Shown: positions 30,707 to 42,125 of the stretch, piece by piece
Layout of the letters: each line of letters starts with the position of its first letter
How positions within the stretch are numbered: position 1 is the stretch's first letter
From: an uncultured Actinomycetota bacterium
GTDB lineage: Bacteria > Actinomycetota > Actinomycetes > CAVWCF01
Direction: 5' to 3'
NCBI GenBank assembly: GCA_963753435.1
Contig: CAVWCF010000001.1
Coordinates: 1,600,001-1,664,000, forward strand
DNA length: 64,000 bases
Notes under the pieces: model-generated
The model's database searches: none
What the model was told of the DNA's origin: nothing
Seen by the model: the letters and a program-made list of their open reading frames with translations, nothing else
Position numbers and translations under genes: made by a program

Positions 30707-30830
30707 CTCATCAAGAGGGGCAGAGGGAACCGGCCCGGTGAAGCCCCGGCAACCACCCAGGAGTCATCGCATCGCGAGGCCGCCTGTGGCGAAGGTGCCA
30801 AGTCCGGCCCCCGACTCGGGGAAAGATGAG
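30707..30830 (+). ncRNA. SAM-I riboswitch
   Basis: CTCATCAAGAG...GAGGGA..GGCCC..TGAAGCC..GGCAACC...GGTGCCAAGTCC...GAAAGATGAG; P1 3' strand overlaps the RBS. Confidence 0.9.
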
Positions 30831-30843
30831 GAGGAGCCTCGCC

Positions 30844-32109
30844 TTGACCACCACCCTCGAAACCACCGCTGTTGGCGCCTTTGGGCCTGCGGTCGGCCTG
30901 GTCTGTCGCGAATGCGGTAGCCCGGCCGGACTCGGCCTCCACTACGCGTGCCTGGAATGCTTCGGCCCGCTGGAGGTCGCCTACGACTTCGGCGCCGTTA
31001 CCCGCGAGCAGATCGAAGCCGGGCCTAACTCGATCTGGCGCTACGCCCCCTTGCTGCCGGTCCCGGCCGATTCAGCAGTTGCGCCGAACCTCCATCCGGG
31101 GCGTACCCAGCTGGTGCGCGCCGACAACCTGGCTGCTGAGCTGGGGATGCGTTCGCTCTGGGTAAAGGACGACTCGGGTAACCCCACCCACTCGTTCAAG
31201 GACCGCGTGGTCGCGGTCGCGCTGGCCGCCGGCCGTGCGCTGGGGGTGCGCACGGTGGCCTGCGCCTCCACGGGCAACCTGGCCAACGCAGTCGCCGCCG
31301 CCGCCGCCCGCGCCGGGTTGAAATCAGTGGTGTTCATCCCGTCCGACCTGGAGGCCGGCAAGGTCGTCACCACCGCCGTCTACGGCGGCACTCTGGTCGC
31401 AGTCGACGGCAGCTACGACGACGTCAACCGGTTGTGCAGCGAGGTGGCCGGGGAAACCGACTGGGGCTTCGTCAACGTGAACCTGCGCCCCTACTACGCC
31501 GAAGGTTCCAAGACCGTCGGCTACGAGGTCGCCGAGCAACTCGGGTGGCGACTGCCGCAGCAGGTAGTTGTCCCCATCGCGTCCGGCTCGCTGCTCACCA
31601 AGGTCGACAAGTCCTGGCGTGAGTTGGTCTCGCTCGGTCTGGTCGAGGACGCCCCGTACCGGGTCTTCGGCGCACAGGCGACTGGTTGCTCGCCGGTTTC
31701 GAAGGCGTTCGCTGCCGGGCACGACGTCGTGCAGCCAGTGCGGCCGGCGACGATCGCCAAGTCGTTGGCGATCGGCAACCCGGCCGACGGTCCGTACGCC
31801 CTGGACTCGGTGCGGCGCACCGGCGGCGCCATCGCCGACGTCAGCGATGACGAGGTAGTGGAAGGGATCCGCCTGCTGGCCCGCACCGAAGGCATCTTCG
31901 GTGAGACCGCCGGCGGGGTCACGGTGGCGACGCTGCGCCGCCTCCTGGCCGACGGGTTGCTGGATCCGGAGGCGGAGACCGTCATCCTGAACACCGGGGA
32001 CGGGCTGAAGACCCTCGACGCCGTTGCGCCCGTGGCCGGGCCGTCCGTTGTCATTCCGCCGTCGCTGGATGCGTTCCGTGAGTTCTCTCGAGAGGCTGGT
32101 GTGGCGTGA
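30844..32109 (+). CDS. thrC: Threonine synthase-like PLP enzyme
   Basis: NPTHSFKDR, CASTGNLA, KSLAIGNPADG; TTG start after RBS. Confidence 0.88.
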   Translation: MTTTLETTAVGAFGPAVGLVCRECGSPAGLGLHYACLECFGPLEVAYDFGAVTREQIEAGPNSIWRYAPLLPVPADSAVAPNLHPGRTQLVRADNLAAELGMRSLWVKDDSGNPTHSFKDRVVAVALAAGRALGVRTVACASTGNLANAVAAAAARAGLKSVVFIPSDLEAGKVVTTAVYGGTLVAVDGSYDDVNRLCSEVAGETDWGFVNVNLRPYYAEGSKTVGYEVAEQLGWRLPQQVVVPIASGSLLTKVDKSWRELVSLGLVEDAPYRVFGAQATGCSPVSKAFAAGHDVVQPVRPATIAKSLAIGNPADGPYALDSVRRTGGAIADVSDDEVVEGIRLLARTEGIFGETAGGVTVATLRRLLADGLLDPEAETVILNTGDGLKTLDAVAPVAGPSVVIPPSLDAFREFSREAGVA

Positions 32110-32387
32110 GCGTCACCGTTCGAATCCCCACGATCCTGCGCCCGCACACCGGCGGCGCCGCTGAGGTCGCCGTCACCGGTGACACCTTGGCTGCGGTGCT
32201 GGACTCCCTGGAGGCTGCGCACCCCGGCATCCGCGCCCGGGTGCTCGACGATGACGGCCGGTTGCGGCGTTTCGTCAACGTCTACGTCGGCGAGGAGGAC
32301 GTGCGATTCGCCGACGGGCTGGACACCGCCACCCCCGCGGGCGTGACCGTCAGTGTGATTCCCGCCGTCGCCGGTGGCTGCTGCTAG
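32106..32387 (+). CDS. MoaD/ThiS/CysO-family ubiquitin-like sulfur carrier
   Basis: VRIPTILR, RRFVNVYV..EDVRF, C-terminal PAVAGG followed by CC. Confidence 0.9.
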   Translation: MSVTVRIPTILRPHTGGAAEVAVTGDTLAAVLDSLEAAHPGIRARVLDDDGRLRRFVNVYVGEEDVRFADGLDTATPAGVTVSVIPAVAGGCC

Positions 32388-32526
32388 GGTTCGCCCTGGT
32401 CGGGTTCCCGCCCGCCTTCGGCGGTCGGGGCCCACGGACTGTTCCGCCCCACCCGGGTGAGTACGGCGCGTGGTACGACCCGGGTGCGCGACCGCGGCCT
32501 GACGCATTAGGTAACAGGAGACACCC

Positions 32527-32742
32527 ATGCCGCAGGGCACGGTGAAGTGGTTCAACTCTGAGAAGGGCTACGGCTTCATTCAGGCGGACGCGGAAGACGG
32601 CGGTCAGCCGTACGACGTGTTCGTCCACTTCTCGGCGATCAACATGCAGGGATACAAGACGCTGGAAGAAAACCAGCGTGTTTCGTTCGACGTCACCACG
32701 GGCCAGAAGGGCCCGCAGGCGGAGAACGTTCAGGCTGTCTGA
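32527..32742 (+). CDS. cspA: Cold-shock protein
   Basis: [32 protein letters not shown]. Confidence 0.95.
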   Translation: MPQGTVKWFNSEKGYGFIQADAEDGGQPYDVFVHFSAINMQGYKTLEENQRVSFDVTTGQKGPQAENVQAV

Positions 32743-32755
32743 CGCTCGAGCTAAC

Positions 32756-32789
32756 GAAAGACCCCGGTCGGAAACGGCCGGGGTCTTTC
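32756..32789 (+). terminator. Intrinsic terminator after cspA
   Basis: gaaagaccccggtcg-gaaa-cggccggggtctttc hairpin. Confidence 0.8.
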
Positions 32790-32827
32790 ACATTCGCAGC
32801 CGCCGAAGCGCGGCCGGCGCATTCGGC

Positions 32828-33142
32828 TCAGTAGCGCGACTCGTCGGCCTCGTCCAGTGATGCGTCGAAGCCGTCCTCGACCACCAGGTGGATCGCAGCC
32901 TCTTCGGCGCTCAGGTCGTCGCCGTCGGCCGGCCCGCCCTCATGCGCCACGGCTTCGGCAGTGACGTCGGAATGGGCGCCCTCATCGTCCTCGACGAGGC
33001 GCCCTACCGCCGTCGGGTCCGTTCGGTGTCCGAAGGAGTGCGCGACATCGTCGGTGCCGAGGTTGTCGGAGACGTCGGCCAGCAGCGCATCCGCAACGTC
33101 TTGGCCCGGGTCGTCGCCGGGAAGGTGCGTCATCTCGCTCAT
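32828..33142 (-). CDS. DUF5709 domain protein
   Basis: GRLVEDDEGAH.D...A....G.....SAEEAAIHLV. Confidence 0.8.
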   Translation of the reverse strand: MSEMTHLPGDDPGQDVADALLADVSDNLGTDDVAHSFGHRTDPTAVGRLVEDDEGAHSDVTAEAVAHEGGPADGDDLSAEEAAIHLVVEDGFDASLDEADESRY

Positions 33143-33203
33143 GAGCCGATCCTGCGGCTTGGTCGGGCCCCAGGGAAGGGCCATCGGTCCCCGTCGCGGA
33201 CCG

Positions 33204-34969
<1,766 letters not shown>

Positions 34970-34984
34970 GTCCTGTTCTCGCAA

Positions 34985-35022
34985 CAAAGCGGGGCGGTCC
35001 CGAGAGGGACCGCCCCGCTTTG
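34985..35022 (+). terminator. Intrinsic terminator after groEL
   Basis: caaagcggggcggtccc-gaga-gggaccgccccgctttg. Confidence 0.85.
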
Positions 35023-35097
35023 CATTGGCGTGCAAGTGTGGGAGCCGCTGCCCTCTTTACGCTCGCAAGCGCCTTACGCTTCGGGCCGAGGTGAGAA

Positions 35098-35802
35098 ATG
35101 GCCGAACTGCATGAGGCGTCCGATTCGGGTAACGGTGTCGACTCCGGTCCCGCAACGGTTGCTGATGTTGGGATCGTCGAGGCGACGAAAGACCGCTTCC
35201 GCCGGATCGAGACGTGGGCAGCAATCCTCATGGCCGTCACAACGATCCTGACGGCCTGGTCGGCCTTTCAGTCGGCCAAGTGGTCCGGGGCAATGTCGAT
35301 CGAATTCAGTCAAGCCAACACCGACCGGAACCTGGCTTCCAGGGCGGCGTCGGAGTCCGGTCAGCGGGCGATCGTGCAGGTTTCGCTCTTCGAGGAATGG
35401 CTACTCGCCAAGGCCGAAGGTGATGACCGGCTGGCTGACTATTTGCAGGCTCAGTTCCCTGACTCGTTCAAGCCGGCATTCGACAGCTGGCTGGCCTTGG
35501 TGCCTCCGGGTGAGGTGCCCTCGGACACTCCGTTCGACCAGCCCAACTACGAACTGCCGCTGCAGCAGGAAGTCGACCGCCTTGATCTCCAGGCCGAGGG
35601 GCATTTCCGACAGGCCCTGGCCAACAATCAGCGGGGCGACAACTACACGCTGCTGACGGTCCTGTTCGCCTCGGTGCTCTTCTTCGCCGGGATCTCGAAC
35701 AGGTTCGAGTCGGATTGGGCGAGCCGCTTCCTGCTGGGTGCTGCGGCGGTCACGTTCTTCGTGGGCATTGCGTTGGTCGGCGTCTTCCCGAAACTGGTCT
35801 GA
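35098..35802 (+). CDS. Hypothetical membrane protein
   Basis: Three TM segments, AWSAFQSAKWSG, GDNY.LLTVLFA..LFF. Confidence 0.75.
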   Translation: MAELHEASDSGNGVDSGPATVADVGIVEATKDRFRRIETWAAILMAVTTILTAWSAFQSAKWSGAMSIEFSQANTDRNLASRAASESGQRAIVQVSLFEEWLLAKAEGDDRLADYLQAQFPDSFKPAFDSWLALVPPGEVPSDTPFDQPNYELPLQQEVDRLDLQAEGHFRQALANNQRGDNYTLLTVLFASVLFFAGISNRFESDWASRFLLGAAAVTFFVGIALVGVFPKLV

Positions 35803-36065
35803 TGACGATCCTGGTCGACCCACCGAAGTGGCACGCCCACAACCGGCTGTGGGGCCACCTGGTCTCCGATCACTCCTATGCGGAGTTGCACGCGTTCGCG
35901 CGTCGATTGGGGATTCCGGAGCGGGGCTTCGACCGCGACCACTACGACCTGCCGGAAGAGGTGCTGCCGCACGCCGTCGCGCTCGGCGCGCACATCGTGC
36001 CCTCTGCGGAGTTGGTGCGACGGTTGACCGCGGCCGGGCTGCGCCGCCGCAAACCGCGCCGCTAG
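35802..36065 (+). CDS. DUF4031 domain protein
   Basis: ILVDPP.W......WGHLVSD.S..ELHAFA..LG.....FD.DHYDL. Confidence 0.9.
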   Translation: MTILVDPPKWHAHNRLWGHLVSDHSYAELHAFARRLGIPERGFDRDHYDLPEEVLPHAVALGAHIVPSAELVRRLTAAGLRRRKPRR

Positions 36066-36099
36066 CGCTTCTTGACGCGGCACTGGTAGCCGTGTCGCG

Positions 36100-36594
36100 T
36101 CAGTGGCCCAGCAGCAACTTGGTAACCGAGGCGCCCAGGACGATCACGACGATGATCATGGCGTAGGCAAGCCGTCGCCACACAGCCACATGCGCGCGAG
36201 TTGCCACAAAGAAGGCGATGCTGCCGGCCAGGGCAGCGAGCGCCAGGTCGGCCGCCCGGATCCACCAGTCGATGTCGTCGGACAGCAGTGAACCGATCGT
36301 CAACCCCACGGTGGCTGCCGCTGAAGGCAGCAGTAGCGGCAACTCCTCCTGGAAGAGGCTGCGGTAGGCGCCCAGCGGTTGCCGCCCTCGGGTGGTCAAC
36401 CGATGGGACAACGCCCCGGCCACCCCATGCGCGACCAGGAGGCCGACCCCAGTGGCCCAGACCAGGCCCACCAGTGCGCCGACGGCGAAGCTGAACTCCT
36501 GCACCTGGATTCCGAATAGCACCGCTGTCGTGGTGATCGTTCCGTACAGGACACGGTCGATCCAATGCCGTGCCTTGAGTGCCGCCTCGGTCAC
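36100..36594 (-). CDS. Hypothetical membrane protein
   Basis: YGTI motif, about 5 TM segments; coupled to helicase stop. Confidence 0.7.
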   Translation of the reverse strand: MTEAALKARHWIDRVLYGTITTTAVLFGIQVQEFSFAVGALVGLVWATGVGLLVAHGVAGALSHRLTTRGRQPLGAYRSLFQEELPLLLPSAAATVGLTIGSLLSDDIDWWIRAADLALAALAGSIAFFVATRAHVAVWRRLAYAMIIVVIVLGASVTKLLLGH

Positions 36595-38243
36595 GTCGGC
36601 GGCCTTTGCAGGATGTCGTCGGCGTCGATGATCCGGTACGCGTACCCCTGTTCGGCGAGGAACCGTTGCCGGTGCGCGGCGAAGTCCGCGTCAACGGTGT
36701 CGCGAGCCACGACCGTGTAGAAGTGCGCGGTGCGCCCGTCGCCCTTGGGGCGCAGCACCCGGCCCAGGCGTTGCGCCTCTTCCTGGCGCGAGCCGAACGT
36801 TCCGGACACCTGGATGGCCACCGACGCCTCCGGCAGGTCCAGGGAGAAGTTGGCCACCTTGCTGACCACCAGCACCGGCAGATCACCATCGCGAAACGCG
36901 GCAAAGAGCGCCTGGCGCTGCTTCACGGGTGTCTCACCGGTGACGACCTCCGCGCCGAGTTCATCGGCGAGGTCGTGGAGTTGGTCCAGGTACTGACCGA
37001 TCACCAGGATCGGTTCGCCCTCGTGCTCGGCCAGCAGTTTGCGGACAACCGCCTTCTTGGTCGGGGTCGCCGCAGCCAGGCGGTAGCGCTCCTCCGGCTC
37101 GGACACCGCGTACGCCATCCGCTCGCCGTGCGGCAGCGTCACGCGCACCTCGACGCAGTCCGCCGGCGCGATCCAGCCCTGCGCCTCCATGTCCTTCCAC
37201 GGCGCGTCGTACCGCTTGGGGCCGATCAGGCTGAACACGTCGTCCTCGCGTCCGTCCTCGCGCACCAGCGTGGCGGTCAGTCCCAATCGCCGGCGCGACT
37301 GGATGTCGGCGGTGAACCGGAACACCGGTGCGGGCAGCAGGTGCACCTCGTCGTAGATGATCAGCCCCCAATCGCGCTCATCGAACAGCTCCAGGTGCCG
37401 GTAGACGCCTTTGCGACGGGTCGTCATCACTTGGTAGGTGGCGATGGTTACCGGGCGGATTTCCTTCTTCGCGCCGGAGTACTCGCCGATCTCCTCCTCC
37501 GTCAGCGAGGTCCGAGCCAGCAGCTCGTCGCGCCACTGCCGGGCGGCGACCGTGTTGGTGACCAGGATCAGCGTCGTCGCCTGCGCCAGCGCCATCGCCG
37601 CGGCACCAACGATGGTCTTGCCCGCCCCACATGGCAGGACGACAACCCCGGAGCCGCCGTGCCAGAACGCCGCAGCGGCATCGCGTTGGTAGTCACGCAC
37701 CTGCCAGCCGTCTTCGTTGAGACCGATCTCGTGCGCCTCGCCGTCGACGTAGCCGGCCAGGTCCTCGGCCGGCCAGCCCAGTTTGGTCAGCAGTTGCTTG
37801 ATGGTGCCGCGTTCGGACCGGTGCACGATGACCGTGGCCTCGTCCACACGACCGCCGACGAGGGGTTGCACCTTCTTGTGCCGAAGCACTTCGGCCAGCA
37901 CCGCCGGATCGGTGCTCTCCAGCACCAGCCCGTGCGCCGGGTGGTTGAGCAGGCGTAGCCGCCCGTAGCGCGCCATCGTCTCGGCGATGTCCACGAGCAG
38001 GGCATGCGGGACCGGGTACCGCGAGTACTGCAACAGCGTGTCGACAACCTGCTCGGCGTCGTGCCCGGCGGCCCGCGCGTTCCACAGCGCCAACGGGGTG
38101 ACGCGGTAGGAGTGCACGTGCTCGGGCGCCCGTTCCAGTTCGGCGAACGGCGCGATCGCGAGCCGGCAGTCGTCCGCCTGCGGGTGATCGACCTCAAGCA
38201 GCAGCGTCTTGTCGCTCTGCACGATCAGCGGCCCATCGGTCAT
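36591..38243 (-). CDS. xpb: DNA repair helicase XPB (SF2)
   Basis: GPLIVQSDKT, PCGAGKT, DEVH, TAT, REDG, QRLGR. Confidence 0.95.
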   Translation of the reverse strand: MTDGPLIVQSDKTLLLEVDHPQADDCRLAIAPFAELERAPEHVHSYRVTPLALWNARAAGHDAEQVVDTLLQYSRYPVPHALLVDIAETMARYGRLRLLNHPAHGLVLESTDPAVLAEVLRHKKVQPLVGGRVDEATVIVHRSERGTIKQLLTKLGWPAEDLAGYVDGEAHEIGLNEDGWQVRDYQRDAAAAFWHGGSGVVVLPCGAGKTIVGAAAMALAQATTLILVTNTVAARQWRDELLARTSLTEEEIGEYSGAKKEIRPVTIATYQVMTTRRKGVYRHLELFDERDWGLIIYDEVHLLPAPVFRFTADIQSRRRLGLTATLVREDGREDDVFSLIGPKRYDAPWKDMEAQGWIAPADCVEVRVTLPHGERMAYAVSEPEERYRLAAATPTKKAVVRKLLAEHEGEPILVIGQYLDQLHDLADELGAEVVTGETPVKQRQALFAAFRDGDLPVLVVSKVANFSLDLPEASVAIQVSGTFGSRQEEAQRLGRVLRPKGDGRTAHFYTVVARDTVDADFAAHRQRFLAEQGYAYRIIDADDILQRPPT

Positions 38244-38295
38244 GGCCGGGTCCCTTCGTTCTGCCGCCTGGCTACTGACGACCGTTGGTGTGACT

Positions 38296-40581
38296 TCATT
38301 CCGCCGCCCGCACCCCGGTGATCCGGTGCACGGCGAACGTGTGCACCTCGCCGCGGGCGTGGTCGAACCCGGTTAGCCACCCGGTGGCGACGCTAAGCGG
38401 GTCCACGGTTCGCTGCGAGGAGGCGCCGCCGTCGTCGACGTAACCCAACACGACTGTCTGTCCGGCGGAGGCGGCCGAACGTAACGCGGCCAGCACCTCC
38501 CGGGTGGCCAGCTTCGGGATCGCTCCGGCCGCGGCCGGACCGGCTATCCGCGGCGCCGCCTGGCTGGCGGCCGCCTTCTCGCCGGCACGCAACGCCCGGA
38601 CTGCTGCGGCCAACAGTCGGTCATCGGGAGTGGCCGGCAGCGGCTGTGGTGGCGGCGGGCTGGCGCGTCGCGGCCGCCGACGCTGGCTGACCGGGATTCC
38701 GGCGAGGTCCTCCTCGACCGCCGACAGGCCCGCCTGGGCCAACGTTGCGGTCACGGTCTCGGGATCCTCCGGTGTGGCCAGGACATTGGCCGACAGCCTG
38801 CGTAGCCGCAGACCCGCGGCGGCCGGGCTGGCCAGTAGTTGCGCCAGGGCCGCCTCGTCATCACTGCGGATCACCGCGCCGACGGCGCCGACCCGCACGG
38901 CGCCGTGGCGGCGCGCGGCGTCCGAAACCAGATAGGTGAGGGCCTGCGGCACCTCCGTGCGGCTGCTGGCGGTCAGGAAGGCTTGGATCTCCGCGCCGCT
39001 GCGGCCGGCATCCAAACCGCGGCGCAGTGACGCCTCGGTGAACCGGAACACCGTTGCGCCGCCGGTGGACTCCAGGTCGGCCAACAGCGACAACTCCCGG
39101 CGCAATTCGCTCGTCGGCGGCCCGGGGACCACAGCCGTCAGATCCGCCTGCAGCAGGAAGTGGTTCAGCGGCGTCGGCCAGGACCCGGCCAGCGCATCCG
39201 CCGCCGGCTCCGGGTCGTCCTGGACCAGCAACCGCGCGGCGGTACTCAATGACCCCGAGGCAGCCACACCCAACCGTTGGGCCTCCTCGAAGACCGCGGC
39301 CACCAAGTCACCCCGGAAACCAGCCGGCCGTCGCGGCAGCACCCAGGCCACCCGCTCGACCAGCGAATCCGCATCGGTGATCGACCCCGGCGGCAGAGCC
39401 GCCCATTCCAGCAACGCCGTGGTGCGCACCAGGGGAGCGGCCGGCCGCTCCAGGGCGTCGGCCAGGGCGCTGATGGCCCGACCGCGGGCGTCCTCGGTGC
39501 CGACCAGGCCCGGTGGCCGGGTCGAGTGCAGCCAGCCGGTCGCCAGGTCCAACCAGCGCCGCTCCGGGGCCCGCGTCAGCCAAAGGTCGTATTGCGTGGT
39601 CGGTCGCCACTCGTCACCGTCGACACCGAGCAGGCCCGCGGCTCGAGCAGCCTCGGCCAGCAGCACCACGGTGCTCTCATCGACGTCCAGGCCGGTCGCG
39701 GCGCGGCGCAGGTCGCGGACCCCAACCCCGCCGGAGCGCAGGAGCCCCGGCGGATCCTCCGCGAAGGAGGCCAGGAGGTCCTCAGCCAGCCGCACCACCT
39801 CCAGCGCCCTGGCCGCCGCCTCGGCGTCCACGTCTGCGGCCCTTCGGGTGGTGAGCGCCTGCCATGTTGGTTCGGTCCCGGCGACGCGCACGACCCCGTC
39901 CCGCAGGTGCAGCCCTACCTCGCGCGGCAGGACGATGACATCCGGGCCGGTGCGGACCGCCAAGTGGTTGGCGACCAGCCAACCGCCGGGGGAGTCCGGG
40001 TCGTCCAGGGCGCGGCCGCGGCCCGTGGGCGGACCGTCGGCCAGGCGCCGCAGCAGGGCGATCGCCGCCTCCGGTGCGCCGACCAGCGCCGCCTCAACCC
40101 CCGCCGGCTCGAGCGCGGTGACGCCCAACCGATTGGCGGCAGGTCCCAGGCCGCACGGATGCGAGCCAACGGCCTCGATCACCCCGACCAGCGGACGCAG
40201 CCGGTCGCCGTCGCGGACCACGAGCCCCAGGTGCTGGAGTCGGTTCAGGCAATCGCGCACCGCCGTGACGGCCGGACCGCGCGACCCGGCGCCTTTTGAT
40301 GGTAGGCCCATCGCCTCGGTCAGACCGGCCCAAGTAGCGGCGTCGCCGAGGACGACCAGCACCTCCGCGACGTCCAGCTGCAGGCGGTCCAGAGTGTCGA
40401 GCGCGCGTGCCGCCGACGCTGCCGACGCAGCTCGTCGGGCCAGCGCCGCCAGGGAGGCCGGCATCGGCGTCAGCAGGTCCGGGCGGTCGGCCAGCAACGA
40501 GGCCAGCCCGTCGTCGTCGCGGCCACGGAGGTCGTCCAGCAGCAACTCGACCGCGGTCGACGGCGAGACGGAAGTGGACAT
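38296..40581 (-). CDS. Helicase-associated (XPB partner) protein with C-terminal WYL-like domain
   Basis: RPDL..P.P, LQADLTAVVPGP, ES.GGATVFRF...S.RR..DAG, PQALTYLV.D.ARRHG, F.VHRI. Confidence 0.88.
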   Translation of the reverse strand: MSTSVSPSTAVELLLDDLRGRDDDGLASLLADRPDLLTPMPASLAALARRAASAASAARALDTLDRLQLDVAEVLVVLGDAATWAGLTEAMGLPSKGAGSRGPAVTAVRDCLNRLQHLGLVVRDGDRLRPLVGVIEAVGSHPCGLGPAANRLGVTALEPAGVEAALVGAPEAAIALLRRLADGPPTGRGRALDDPDSPGGWLVANHLAVRTGPDVIVLPREVGLHLRDGVVRVAGTEPTWQALTTRRAADVDAEAAARALEVVRLAEDLLASFAEDPPGLLRSGGVGVRDLRRAATGLDVDESTVVLLAEAARAAGLLGVDGDEWRPTTQYDLWLTRAPERRWLDLATGWLHSTRPPGLVGTEDARGRAISALADALERPAAPLVRTTALLEWAALPPGSITDADSLVERVAWVLPRRPAGFRGDLVAAVFEEAQRLGVAASGSLSTAARLLVQDDPEPAADALAGSWPTPLNHFLLQADLTAVVPGPPTSELRRELSLLADLESTGGATVFRFTEASLRRGLDAGRSGAEIQAFLTASSRTEVPQALTYLVSDAARRHGAVRVGAVGAVIRSDDEAALAQLLASPAAAGLRLRRLSANVLATPEDPETVTATLAQAGLSAVEEDLAGIPVSQRRRPRRASPPPPQPLPATPDDRLLAAAVRALRAGEKAAASQAAPRIAGPAAAGAIPKLATREVLAALRSAASAGQTVVLGYVDDGGASSQRTVDPLSVATGWLTGFDHARGEVHTFAVHRITGVRAAE

Positions 40582-40698
40582 CCGCATCACGCTACCGGCG
40601 TACCGGTGCCAACGCAGAATCGGTTTGATCGCCGCGACTGGCCGCTCCGCTGCCGATCGCGGTCTACCCTGGGCCGCTGCTGACGACAGGGGGATGAC

Positions 40699-41082
40699 GT
40701 GCCCACCGGCAAGGTGAAGTGGTTCGACGCCGAAAAGGGATTCGGCTTCCTCGCCAACGATGAGGGCGGGGATGTGTATGTGCACGCCTCCGCGCTGCCG
40801 GAGGGCACCCCGGCGCTGCGCCCAGGCGCCCGGGTGGAGTTCGGCATCGCCGCGGGGCGCAAGGGGGATCAGGCGCTGAGCGTGCGGGTGCTGGACGCTC
40901 CGCCGTCCCTGGCCGAAGCCAACCGGCGCGACCCCGAGGACATGGCCGCGGTCATCGAGGATCTGATCAAGGTTCTGGAACGCATCGGCGGCAGCCTGCG
41001 GCGGGGCCGGTACCCGGCCAGCATCGAGGCCAGCCGCGTCGCCTCGGTGCTGCGCGCAGTCGCCGACGACCTGGACGCCTGA
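40699..41082 (+). CDS. Cold-shock domain protein (CspB-like, with C-terminal extension)
   Basis: MPTGKVKWFDAEKGFGFL, LRAVADDLD. Confidence 0.92.
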   Translation: MPTGKVKWFDAEKGFGFLANDEGGDVYVHASALPEGTPALRPGARVEFGIAAGRKGDQALSVRVLDAPPSLAEANRRDPEDMAAVIEDLIKVLERIGGSLRRGRYPASIEASRVASVLRAVADDLDA

Positions 41083-41105
41083 CCGGCGCCGTACCCTGGG
41101 TCCTG

Positions 41106-41861
41106 ATGAACGCGACAGAAACCGTGGACAAGGTCTGCGCGGCCGCCGTGGAGGTGGCTCGGCAGGGGCTGATCGACGCCGGCGTGGACAGCGTCGGCGA
41201 GCACCTCGGCGTCCTCGCTGACGGAGATCGCGCCGCCACCCACCTGTTCGCGTGCACCGATCGCGGCTACCCGGGCTGGACCTGGTCGGTCACGGTGGTT
41301 CGGCCGCCGCGCGGCCGTACCGCGACAGTGGCGGAGTCGTGCCTGCTGCCCGGCACCGATGCAGTACTGGCTCCCGCCTGGGTGCCCTGGTCGGAGCGGC
41401 TGCAGCCCGGCGACTTGGGCGTCGGAGACGTCCTGCCCGCCCCGGATGGCGACCCGCGACTGGCACCGGGCTGGTCCGGCGCCGACGACTTGGCCGAAGG
41501 CGAACTCGACCAGGTGCGTTCGATCGTCTGGGAGGCCGGGCTGGACCGACGGCGCGTCCTGAGCCTGGACGGGCTGTACTTGGCCGCCGACCGGTGGGTC
41601 AACTCCGAGCACGGGCCGGATGCGGCCGTCGCGCAAGCGGCGCCGGGGCAGTGCGGCACCTGCGGGTTCCGCGTCGCGATCAATGGCCTGCTGGGTCAGG
41701 CGTTCGGGTTGTGCGCCAACGAGTACTCACCCAGTGACGGCTCGATCGTGTCCCTGGACCATGGCTGCGGCGCCCACTCCGAGGCCAGCACCACCTCCGG
41801 CGTGCCCGTCACCGAGACGGCGTGGGACAGCACCGGGTTCGACGAGTTGGGTCACGCCTGA
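41106..41861 (+). CDS. DUF3027 domain protein
   Basis: GYPGW.W.V, APAWVPW.ER..PGD, CGTCGF, CAN..SP.DG, HGCGAHS. Confidence 0.92.
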   Translation: MNATETVDKVCAAAVEVARQGLIDAGVDSVGEHLGVLADGDRAATHLFACTDRGYPGWTWSVTVVRPPRGRTATVAESCLLPGTDAVLAPAWVPWSERLQPGDLGVGDVLPAPDGDPRLAPGWSGADDLAEGELDQVRSIVWEAGLDRRRVLSLDGLYLAADRWVNSEHGPDAAVAQAAPGQCGTCGFRVAINGLLGQAFGLCANEYSPSDGSIVSLDHGCGAHSEASTTSGVPVTETAWDSTGFDELGHA

Positions 41862-41871
41862 CCCGTACCAG

Positions 41872-42078
41872 CTAGCGGCGCCGGTCCCGGCGGCGCAGTG
41901 CGTAGCCGAACCCGAAGATGCCCAAGCCGATTCCCACTAGGCACGTGGTCACCCACCACGACCGGTCGGCGTTGAGGTAGTCCCCGGCCAGCAGCCCGAT
42001 TAGGACGAGCGTCCAAACGACGGTGCCGACGAGGAACGGGACGGCTCCGTCGGACTGCCACGATTCGGGCTCATGCAC
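41872..42078 (-). CDS. DUF2530 family membrane protein
   Basis: GTVVW, WW..TCLVG.GLG..G..Y..RR. Confidence 0.8.
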   Translation of the reverse strand: MHEPESWQSDGAVPFLVGTVVWTLVLIGLLAGDYLNADRSWWVTTCLVGIGLGIFGFGYALRRRDRRR

Positions 42079-42125
42079 GCCTTCAGCGTAGGTGCTGCGA
42101 CCTTCGCCGGTGGGATGCTCGGGCC

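Noticed and set aside
36591-41861. XPB helicase plus WYL-domain partner as a novel defence system
   Set aside because: Conserved actinobacterial core locus with cspB, DUF3027 and DUF2530
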